DNA of 64,000 bases from Tubiluchus corallicola (Eukaryota; Animalia; Priapulida), in contig JAQGDQ010000481.1 of assembly GCA_030141605.1 (NCBI GenBank), positions 1 through 64,000 on the forward strand. Reading direction: 5' to 3'. Positions 53,719 to 64,000 of this stretch are shown piece by piece (the first letter of the stretch is position 1; every line of letters starts with the position of its first letter). The translations under genes were made by a program, and so were the position numbers. Under the pieces are notes generated by a model. The model did no database searches. It was not told the origin of the DNA and saw nothing but the letters and a program-made list of their open reading frames with translations.

Positions 53719-55743
53719 GTTCTCGTGCATTGTAAAAACCTATGTAGGCCCAATCTCAAAATTACTCCAAACACAATTTATTTTGTCCGCATGTGGCAAT
53801 GTGTAAGTTGTCTGTTGTTGATGAGTTTCTCAAATGCATGCTATCATCAGCTGTTCTTTGTACTATTATTATTATTATTATTATTAATAGGAATAGAAAA
53901 GAAAAGGAACATCTAAGAGCAGTTTCAAACAAAATTAAATTTGCCTACAAGACAACGTTCAGATGGTAGAATCACACATTTTCTTTTTCCATAAATGAGA
54001 GTCTTTGTACTTACGTAGAAAAATTCGTGAAATTCATCCAGTCTACTTTGCCTTCAAAGCAAGCGTCGAGAAAGACAACACGTAGCTTAACAAACATTTG
54101 CAAATGTTGTTCATATGGCGGGCAAAACATAATGGAAATGAAATTCGATGCAGTTTTATTAAAAGCAACATGCGCGTGAGCAAGGCACAGTTGAAGCACT
54201 ACTGCGCATAGCAACAAAACGCAATCACTAGTAATAAAAAAGCTACATATAAAATCAGCAGCAAAAACTTTGTTTGTCAAATTTGTAATTTTTTATAATC
54301 TTATTGTGAAGCCCCAACTAGCTTTACTAATCTGTCTAAAATGGATCAAATGATTTGGTTGTTTGTCGAATAACACGCAAATCTTATTAGATTTATACCT
54401 GGTTAGATCACGCTAAACGTGTAACATTTATCGACCTATATTTTGAAAAGAATAAAAAGTAAAAGATGGGGCTTCTGAGAAGAATAAAGAGAATTTGCAT
54501 AAAAACTGTAAATTTCCGATATTATCGGCATTCAAAATTCAATGGTAAAGTCAAGAGTCTCTCATTTTTTAAAAGGAAAGCCTTTGTACTCTGCTCTGTT
54601 GTGAAGTGCAATCAACATTTTAACACATATAATTTTTCGCATTCAGACGGCTGAAAATTAAAATGTAGGGAGCATAGGAAATCGTCATAATAAACACCAA
54701 TTTTTCGAAGTTTACATACATAACAAACCATTTTATGTTTTAATGTTTTAAGCTATATATTTAAGCCTTATTGTTTAGTCTTGACGTTGTTTTTGTAAAA
54801 CGTGAGGATCATACTAGTAAACATTTAATCATGAAAATTGCAATTTATGATACGCCAATCACAAAGAACCATTCAGTTAATTAAACTCTCCCACAAGATT
54901 CAAATTGATGAGACGAAACAAAGTCTCTTAGCTTAAAGGAAAACCGGATGATTGTGTTACACGAGTTCAGAATAAAGAATGCTCTAAAATATTGAAAACT
55001 ACAATAGCTTTTTTTAAACCAAAACTTGGATTAAATAATAATTACCTCGGATACTCAAATTTCGTTAAACTTTCAAAGCTACGCGCGGCTCAGTGAATGT
55101 CCTAAGATTGGCAACGGTGCCTTTTTGTCACGTGCGCGTGGCCGACAAATAGAAGGCGGTACCGTGATAAGCATGATCATGAACTGCAGTGTTAGTTTCT
55201 GACGTCATATGATGTAAAGCCCATTTTTCGTGACGTCATGCTTTTAAACAGTACTGTAACACTTATGCAAACGTGCTTGACGCGCAAGGGGAGATACCTA
55301 CCATTGCACAAACTGTGGTTAGTTTCTGACGCAAGCAATAGCTGTGTTCAGTTGGCATTAATTAACTTTCTAAGCTAATTATTCAAATATAAGGAACAAT
55401 TGTTAACTTTTATAGGCAAGAAAATGTATATTTTGGACAGTAAATGGAAATGAGATTGAGTCTAAACAATCGTGCGGTCTTCCTTTACCGGAATTATGAA
55501 TGATAGTTGTATGGATTTCATTTTATTTGAGTATCAGCTGAAGTGGCTTCATGTGTAATGCATCCCACGCGTCAACTGAAATCGTGGAAGCCTCTTCAGA
55601 AGGCGCAAAATCAGCAACACTTACTAGTTGCCTGGAGAGCTGCTGAAACATTAGATGAAAATGGGGATTTTACGTTCCAAGCTAAGACTGATCTATTGAA
55701 TGCTCAGAAATATGAAATTACAAAGACTGTCTTTATATTACAG

Positions 55744-55893
55744 CCAGAAATCAAAGACATCTTGCAGCCAATTTCATTCGAGTTGACGTACGATCTACTA
55801 TATGAACCGAGTAAACGAAGGTCGGCTCGTCAGACGTCTAACCACCTTTCCCCCGTGTTGAGTGTTGAAGTCGAAACGGTCATTCATATGCAA
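55744..55893 (+). CDS. Integrin alpha exon 12
   Basis: tacag|PEIKDILQPISFELTYDL...LSPVL...MQ|gtaagt. Confidence 0.9.
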
Positions 55894-55898
55894 GTAAG

Positions 55899-56592
55899 TT
55901 AAAGGACTTGAAAAGGGGGTACCTGAAGTAGGTTTCAGAAAAATCGCCTTAAAAAATTATATTACTTTACAGCAATTTTATGCGTATATCTTACTCGCAC
56001 TGAAAGGAATTTTAGTTTGTTTTCATTTTAAATCTCCCGCAATACTGTTCCGAAGTCGCCATTACATGACGTCATGTACCAAACGTAAATCAAGGGAAGA
56101 AAAGGCAATGTTAAATTATGTCTCAAAAGACTTTCCTTGCAAATCTATATTACTTAGATTTTCGCTTACCTGCTAGAAAGACTTATGTAACTAGAAAAGA
56201 AAATTATTAATTATTTAAAATGTTTTCACCAATTGGTAAAATGTCGCTGACTCACCCTCCAGGGTGCACCACTCACTAACCAAAAAACGTATTTTTAATC
56301 TTATTGACAAGATACAGTAATTTTAAATTTTTGCTTAGTTAGTGACTTGTGCGCTACGTATGCTCTGATTATTTTTTCAAACTTTAAGCAATGTTATCTA
56401 AACCGGTTCCAAACGAATAACTGTTAAAATGGCTGCGTCTAACGGTCATCACGGGAGTTTAAATTTACATGTTTTATACAGCGTGACTGCCGACTGAAGT
56501 CCTGTATGCAAAAAGGTAGTATGTAAGTGATGTCAAATTTCAAAACGAAATTTTCAAGTTTTATGTTTATGAAGGGTTTTCTTGTGCTTTAA
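55899..56592 (+). mobile_element. TTAA-flanked Kolobok-like element, copy 2
   Basis: Homologous to 18448-19123. It is inserted at a TTAA overlapping the end of the exon-12 donor (gtaagTTAA). Confidence 0.8.
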
Positions 56593-56967
56593 CAACTAGA
56601 AAGAGAAATTCGTACAATGTCAGAGCCGAAACGTTTTTAATTCGACCCGACAGGGTGCAAAGTTGTAAAATGGGATTCGAATAAGAAAAAGAAAATTGTT
56701 GTAAGCTGAATTATACTGTGGGAAATAAATGAGAATTGAATTAAGATGAAAAACAATGATAAAATGTTGGGTTAAATATGAATAAAAATAAACGTAAAAT
56801 CATGTTAAAAATCACACAATAGATAAGCTGGCTACATTCGTAATTACCAAGATTTTGCAGAACACAAAAATATCTGTATGTTTTGAAAACTCAGACTATT
56901 CTCACGGATACTAAATGAATTTTTTGTTATATTAATTTCTATTATTATATATTACATATTGTTTTAG

Positions 56968-57047
56968 TTGGCGTTCAGTTTACAATGCGGTACCGATGAA
57001 CTGTGCAATGCTGATCTATCTGTAGAGGCGTCACACACTTTGCAAGG
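56968..57047 (+). CDS. Integrin alpha exon 13 (genu)
   Basis: LAFSLQCGTDELCNADLSV matches the conserved CG-D--C--DL motif. Confidence 0.93.
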
Positions 57048-57269
57048 GTAAAGAAGCGTTCACATGTCGCCACAACAACGGCAACGGCATATTCAAAACC
57101 TATTGATTTTATGAATTACCTCTTGCACCAAACAATTCCATTTGTCATTTTTGATTGACGTTGTTCTGGTGTATTTTGGTATAAATCATAATTTGCTTGT
57201 TTAAGTGTGGTAGCAAATATGGCGTTTTTTCGTAATCGTGACACAGACAGGTGAGATGAATCATGCATG

Positions 57270-57475
57270 CATACATACGTACGTACGTACGTACATACAT
57301 TACATATGTACATACATACGTACGTACATACATACATACATACATACATACATACATACATACATACATACATACATACATACATACATACATACATACA
57401 TACATACATACATACATACATACATACATACATACATACATACATACATACATACATACATACATACATACATAC
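57270..57475. repeat. (TACA)n microsatellite
   Basis: Direct reading. Confidence 0.95.
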
Positions 57476-57709
57476 AATGTATGTATTATGTGACCTTAAT
57501 AATCTTGGTTTGGTAGGTACATTGCGATGAACATTGGGCATTTCGGTTTGGTTTGTGTGTTTGTGTTTGTGTGTGTGCGTGTGTGCGTGCGTGCGTGCGT
57601 GCGTGTGTGTGCGAGTACGTATGTATGTATGTATGTATAACCGTTTTCTTCTTGTCCAATTGCAAAATGTCTTTATTATAAAGAAGTTTTTTGGTTTTGC
57701 CAATCACAG

Positions 57710-57860
57710 GTCACCGGATGTGTACGTAATTCCTGGAAAACACGACATCCTGTTGCTGACTGTTTTTCTCCAGAATCGAGGGGAAAATGCTTACCAGGCG
57801 ACAGTGTCAGCGTCATATTCGCAGGAGTTACTCTTTACTCACGCAACAAACCTTGATCAG
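57710..57860 (+). CDS. Integrin alpha exon 14 (calf-1)
   Basis: LTVFLQNRGENAYQATV; CAG|gtaatt. Confidence 0.92.
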
Positions 57861-58411
57861 GTAATTATTAACATTTACAAAACAAAATGGCTTCCCAGGT
57901 AATTATTAACATTTACAAAACAAAATGGCTGCCTATATGGCTTCGTACTATATCAGCCAAGCACAAATATAGATTGATGACTACATTCACCAGGTGAAGC
58001 AGAAAGTTTTATTCACTAGCTTGGGAAGAGATTCCGAAAAGATTACATGATAATGGAAATTGATTTTAATCTTTTCTCTATAAATCTCACGGTAAATTTT
58101 ACTGTTTCCGAGAATAAACGCAAGACGGGCATAATTAATGTTTTCCTCGGGAATTTTGTACAAATGATGTTTTGCTTTATGAGATTAGCATCTTTTGTCT
58201 TTTTAATGGTGATTTTAAATGGGTTTCATGCCTCGGTATATTGTATCTTTGTATATTGTGTATTGTGTTTTTAGTGATCTGTCTTGTGGTTTTTTATGTT
58301 TTCTGTCTGGATGTGTGTGTGTGTGTGCGTGTGCGTGCGTGCGTGTGTATGTATGTATACGTGTGTGTGTTTGTGCGTGCGTGCATGCGTGCGTGCGTGT
58401 GTGTGTGTGCG

Positions 58412-58444
<33 letters not shown>

Positions 58445-58742
58445 ATGCGTGTGTATGTATGTATACGTGTGTGTGTGTGTGTGTGTGTGCGTGCCGTGTG
58501 TGCGTGCGTGCGTATGTATGTATGTATGTATGTATGTATGTATGTATTTTATTAGTTTCTATCGTAATTTTATAGTATAGCTGAGTGTTTTTTTTTAATT
58601 TTTTATGCAATGCCATGTACTTTTAGATGTTTGAAAAAATTTAAAATAAAAAAAATAAATTTTTCAGAGATCAGTTTTCTTGCCAAAAATGAAGAATGGA
58701 ACAGATAAAACTGAGGAAATTTAATGTGAACGAGTGTTTTGT

Positions 58743-59642
58743 GAATCAAGGGGAAAATGTGGGGGAATCTCGAGGGGAGGAATCAAGGGGAAAATGTGGG
58801 GGGAACCTCGAGGGGAGGAATCAAGGGGAAAATGTGGGGAAGACCTCGAGGGGAGGAATCAAGGGGAAAATGTGGGGAAAATCACGAGGGGAGGAATCAA
58901 GGGGAAAATGTGGGGAAGATCTCGAGGGGAGGAATCAAGGGGAAAATGTGGGGGAAACCTCGAGGGGAGGAATCAAGGGAAAAATGTGGGGAAACCTCGA
59001 GGGGAGGAATCAAGGGGAAAATGTGGGGGAACCTCGAGGGGAGGAATCAATGGGAAAATGTGGGGAAGATCTCGAGGGGAGGAATCAAGGGGAAAATGTG
59101 GGGGAAATCTCGAGGGTAGGAATCAAGGGGAAAATGTGGGGAAACCTCGAGGGGAGGAATCAAGGGGAAAATGTGGGAAAACCTCGAGGGCAGTAATCAA
59201 GGGGAAAATGTGGGGGAACCTCGAGGGGAGGAATCAAGGGGAAAATGTGGGGAAGATCTCGAGGGGAGGAATCAAGGGGAAAATGTGGGGAAACCTCGAG
59301 GGGAGGAATCAAAGGGAAATGTGGGGAAACCTCGAGGGGAGGAATCAAGGGGAAACTGTGGGGAAGATCTCGAGGGGAGGAATCAAGGGGAAAATGTGGG
59401 GGAAACCTCGAGGGGAGGAATCAAGGGGAAAATGTGGGAACGATCTCGAGGGGAGGAATCAAGGGGGAAATGTGGGGAAACCTCGAGGGGAGGAATCAAG
59501 GGGAAAATGTAGGGGAAACCTCGAGGGGAGGAATCAAGGGGAAAATGTGGGAAAACCTCGAGGGGAGGAATCAAGGGGAAAATGTGGGAAAACCTCGAGG
59601 GCAGTAATCAAGGGGAAAATGTGGGGAAACCTCGAGGGGGGG
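58743..59642. repeat. G-rich 37-38-bp minisatellite, ~24 copies
   Basis: Unit gaatcaaggggaaaatgtggggaaacctcgaggggag. Confidence 0.95.
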
Positions 59643-60091
59643 AGTACAAGGCTTACTGTGCATAAAATACTTGGGTGCATTTTTCATCAAATAATTTTGT
59701 TTAGTTAGCATCAGAGCAACGAAATTTAACAGTGGTTTTTACTATCAAGTTTTTAAATGAATATATAACGAATTACTTTTAGATTCTGAAATTATTTTGA
59801 TTACTTTCTTCGTACCCATATAATGTAGAAGCAGTCCGTTTACAAAATAAATTACACTTTAATTCACTTACAACTAAACCTTGTTTGATTTTTGAATTTC
59901 AAAAACTGTGGATAAAGCCTAAAACTGTCATAGCTAAGAAACCTCTGTTGGTTCAGTGCCTCATCTTTTTTATAGTTGGATGCATACCGCCCCCCCCCCC
60001 CATCTACCGTCTACATTAAACAGACCTCGCCTTTGAGTGCAGGAGTGCTCAAAAATATAATTGATTATAATGACCAGTTGCTCTCTTACAG

Positions 60092-60187
60092 AACTATCTT
60101 GTCCTGTGTTCAGCTGCTTCTTTGGACAAAGAAGAAAAAGAAGTGGTGACTTGTGAAGTGGCTAATCCTTTGCCGGCAAACACAAAG
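60092..60187 (+). CDS. Integrin alpha exon 15
   Basis: NYLVLCS...VVTCEVANPLPANTK|gttagt contains the C-x-x-x-NP motif. Confidence 0.9.
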
Positions 60188-60619
60188 GTTAGTTTAAAAA
60201 TTTTAGCCAAACACGAGCTAATATAAACCATTTACTGCCTTTTCAGCGAAAGAAAACAACGTTTTTCAATTACCGAATGTTGAATTTGAAACCATTTTCT
60301 ACTCTGTGTGGGTTGCAAGTTGTCGTGAAAGTCACGTGGCAGAATCATGGCTGGAGACAAGAACCTGGGCAGTAAAAAACTAGAGCATGTAGAGACATGT
60401 TTAAAAATTCAAAGTAATAATCATGTACAGGAGAGAGAGAGAGAGAGAGGGAGAGGGAGAGGGAGGGGGAGGGGGGAGGGGGAGAGGGGGAGGGGGTGGT
60501 AGAGAGAGTGGGGAGAAGAGAGAGTGGGAGAGTGGGGAGAAGAGAGTGGGGAGAAGAGAGAGAGGAGAGAGGGAGAGGAGAGAGGGAGAGGAGAGAGGGA
60601 GAGAGTCAGAGAGGGAGAG

Positions 60620-60684
<65 letters not shown>

Positions 60685-61153
60685 CGGCAGACATAAGGAG
60701 GTGAACAGAATCATGTCCTGGACGTATGATTCATTAAATGATGATGATGATGATGGACTGAATTCCAGAGCACTGTATGAACCAAATCATTCTCTTACCA
60801 TGAACAATGTATTTTTTCAACAACAGGCAACCCTTCCTAATTTCTCAGGATGTGAGAGATTTTCTCACTGCAAAATGCCTGACTTGCCATTAGATTGGTC
60901 TAAGAGGTTCTCGAGGTCCCTAAAAAGGGAAAGTAGCAAAGCCTACTAGTTTAATACTTCTTTCCAGATTTCCATGTAATTCGACTAAAATAATTCCCGA
61001 AGATTTTAGCTCATCTGTCCCAATTTTGAAAAAATTCTGTGGAGTGTGTGTGGAGGGACACTTCTGAAACACCCTATTGCGAACTACACAAAGCAGCCAT
61101 TACTCATTAACATAATTTATTCACCAGACATCACAAATGGATAAATACATAAA

Positions 61154-61532
61154 TGTTGTGTTTTGTTTCTCTCGGAAGGCTCGTAGAGAAAACCAGAAAA
61201 CACGAAAACACGTCATCAAATTAAACTAGTTTGTTAAGCGAGAATTCTACAACACAAAAGTATGAAGGAACACGAAATGTTTACAGTAAACGTGAAAATC
61301 TGGAAAACGTTTAAGTGTATCTGAAAATGTAAGTGTACAAGAGAATGTGTAAGTGGCGTCCGTGCGAATCCGTGTGTCTCCGTCTCAGCGGCCTGCTTCG
61401 CCTTATATAGCACGCCCAAGAAGCTTCTAGAAGTTTTGTTCCAGAACATTTTACACGGTAAGACGATTATTCTAACGGAACACTCTACAATGTTCTATGT
61501 AATTCTAATAGATGCCAGCGATCTCCACAACA
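61154..61532 (-). mobile_element. Solo LTR, copy 2
   Basis: Same TGTTGTG...CACAACA element as at 34353, with flanks ATAAA/ATAAC (4 of 5 TSD bases match). Confidence 0.8.
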
Positions 61533-61594
61533 ATAACACACTCTTTATTTGTACAAGTCTGTAAGTTGTAAATGATAATTAAATTTGATAACAG

Positions 61595-61755
61595 ACAAAG
61601 TTCCAATTAGAAATGGACTGTACAGCTCTTACTGGAGACGGGAACATTACTGTCGAGTTGACAGCAACTACAACCAGTGAGGAGAGTCATCCCGATGATA
61701 ATCTGTTGCTCTATGACGTAGAAGTGCAAAGAGAAGCTGATGTACAACTAAGAAG
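61595..61755 (+). CDS. Integrin alpha exon 16
   Basis: TKFQLEMD...VELTATTTSEESHPDDN...VQREADVQLR; AG|gtagga. Confidence 0.88.
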
Positions 61756-62206
61756 GTAGGAAGGGAGGTCACCTGGCGGGAGTCAGTAATCGACTGTTTT
61801 TTATTACGTTAGTTATACTTAACTAAGTAACAGGAAGATTGTCTTTGATGTTTGCTTTGAAGTGTTGCAGTATGCAGAACGTGAAAGAAAACACTAAAGA
61901 TTCTGTAATCCTTGTTGGGCTTTTGTTCTCTCACGCACCCTCTCCCGCACCTACACCATCTCTCTCTCTCTTCCCTCTCTCTCTCGTTTCCTCTCCCTCT
62001 TTCGCTCTCTCTCTTCCCCCTATCTCTTTTCCTCTCACTATACTTCTCTTTCTTTCTTTCTCCTCTCTCTTTCTATCTTTCTTTCTCTTTCTCTCTCTCT
62101 CCCTCTGTCTCCCTTTTTCTCTCCCACTGTTTTTCTCAGGGTCTCTCGTTCTATCTGTGTTTGTCTTTCTCTCTCTCTCTCTCTCTCTCTGTCTCTGTCT
62201 CTCTCT

Positions 62207-62302
<96 letters not shown>

Positions 62303-62489
62303 GTTCTCTTGGACTTATGGTCCAGTCACCACTCAACAACCGTTTACAATTGCCGACCAATTTTCTCATCCTTCCAATGACCCAGTAGAAAGGGGAAAAA
62401 CAGAAATTTCTTCTGCATTTAGATGCATTAGAGTAAAGTAATTTCCATGCTGGTCATAGAATTAACCACGTTGGACCAAATTAACCGTT

Positions 62490-62845
62490 AGGAATTAATG
62501 ATCTGTTGAAGTTGTTATTATTCGGAAAAGATGAATTTAACCATGTTGTTAACTGTAAAATATTCCAATACATACATGACTTTATATTACGTACTAAACG
62601 CTTCCAGTAGTTTCTATCTGATATAAAATGCATCAGTCTTAAATATTCGTACATTAATATTTTCTAACCGTCATTTTCTACTAATGTCTAATGTAATCTT
62701 GTAGTAAAACTTGTCAGCTTGTGTAGTTATAGTCTATTCTTACTGTAAATGTTACTAATGTCTAATGTAATCTTGTAGTAAAACTTGTCAGCTTGTGTAG
62801 TTATAGTCTATTCTTACTGTAAATTATGTTTAAACTAAACTAAAT
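62490..62845 (+). mobile_element. 5'-truncated LINE 3' end, third copy
   Basis: Matches 33121-33700 and is flanked by a repeated aaattaaccgtta, a probable TSD. Confidence 0.75.
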
Positions 62846-63170
62846 TAACCGTTATACATTGAAGAGCAATTCAAATCGCTGTTATTGTTCTGCTTTTTAT
62901 CACGATTCACTTTAAATTTTCAGATTATCTCCATATTTATTTTTTTTCTATCACTGTGTGTGACAATCTAACAAGCCCTGCTTTTTGATTGCCCGCAACA
63001 CATTTACCTTCGTGTATAAGTGAACAGTGTTTGAGGCTTTTTCTGTGCAGTATTTCTTATTTGTATTATATCCATTGTATACCCTTTCACTAGATATTTT
63101 GTATATGTAATCATTGTAAATGTGTATGGTGAAATAAATGACTTATGACTTATGACTATTGTTGTTGCAG

Positions 63171-63276
63171 TTCTTCCAGACCTGAACAGTTGATTTATAA
63201 TTCTACAGCAATTTCTGGAGAAGATCAAGTCTTTGGTCTAAGAAACTACACCGCAGAATTCATTCACACGTACGAG
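63171..63276 (+). CDS. Integrin alpha exon 17 (start of calf-2); the gene continues past the window
   Basis: tgcag|T SSRPEQLIY...EFIHTYE|gtaagt. Confidence 0.88.
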
Positions 63277-63329
63277 GTAAGTTAGCCCAACAGCAGCTGC
63301 GTTACAGAAATGAAGATGGATTTTCCTAT

Positions 63330-64000
63330 TATAAAGCACAAGAGAACCTTTCAATAACATAAAGTTTAAAAAATTCGTTTTGAAATTTTATATCACTTAC
63401 ATACTGCCTTTTTGCGTGCAGGACTTCAATCGGCAGTCACCCTGTATAAAACTTGTGAATTTAAACTCCCGCGATGACCGTTGGATGCAGCCATTTTGAC
63501 GACAGGTCATTTGAAACAAGTTTAGATAACATTTTGTAAAGTTTGAAAAAATAATCAGAGCATTCGTAGCGCGCAAGTCACTAACTAATAAAATTCAAAA
63601 TTACTGTATCTTGTCAATAAGATTAAAAATAAGTTTTTTGGTTAGTGAGTGGTGCACCCTGGAGGGTGAGTCAGCGACATTTTACCAACTGGTGAAAACA
63701 TTTTTAAATAATTAATAATTTTCTTTTCTAGTTACATAAATCTCTCTAGCAGGTAATCGAAAATCTAAGTAATATAGATTTGCAAGGAAAGTCTTTTGAG
63801 ACATAATTTAACATTGCCTTTTCTTCCCTTGATTTACGTTTGGTGCATGACGTCATGTAATGGCGACTTCGGAACAGTATTGCGGGAGATTTAAAATGAA
63901 AACAAACAAAAATTCCTTTCAACGCGAGTAAGATATACGCATAAAATTGCTATAAAGTAATATAATTTTTAAGGCGATTTTTCTGAAACTTACTTCAGGT
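63330..64000 (-). mobile_element. Kolobok-like element, copy 3 (runs off the window)
   Basis: Reverse complement of 18452-19119. Confidence 0.8.

Noticed and set aside
55543-55743. In-frame extension upstream of integrin exon 12
   Set aside because: There is no integrin-like sequence, and a good acceptor (tatattacag) at 55743 fits the phase of exon 11.
58696-59708. 324-aa Gly/Arg/Glu-rich ORF
   Set aside because: It is a product of the G-rich minisatellite, open in several frames.

Overview
AT-rich, microsatellite-rich genomic DNA from an invertebrate animal, with spliceosomal genes and no prokaryotic features. (1) On the - strand at about 7.4-9.4 kb lies a STING (TMEM173)-family gene. Its cyclic-dinucleotide-binding domain segments are in non-canonical order: C-terminal half first, then the GLAWSYY helix and the middle part, with no TM or TIR exon found. 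It has an NF-kB/CRE/TATA promoter-like cluster upstream, and one exon is disrupted by a TSD-flanked retro-insertion. (2) A large integrin alpha gene on the + strand has 17 exons traced from 17566 to 63276 and continues beyond the window. (3) Nested antisense in the ~19 kb intron 11 of the integrin is a tandem array of intronless 343-aa class A GPCR genes: 6 intact, 1 frameshifted and 1 start cut by a 100-N gap. The copies carry mosaic, reassorted substitutions and a 28-bp VNTR derived from receptor coding sequence. (4) There are many mobile elements: LINE fragments, two 5S-rRNA-headed SINEs, TTAA-flanked Kolobok-like non-autonomous elements, a Tc1 deletion derivative, solo LTRs and an inverted pair of satellite-bearing elements. 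Exon boundaries were read by eye from GT/AG sites and phase; nothing was database-searched.
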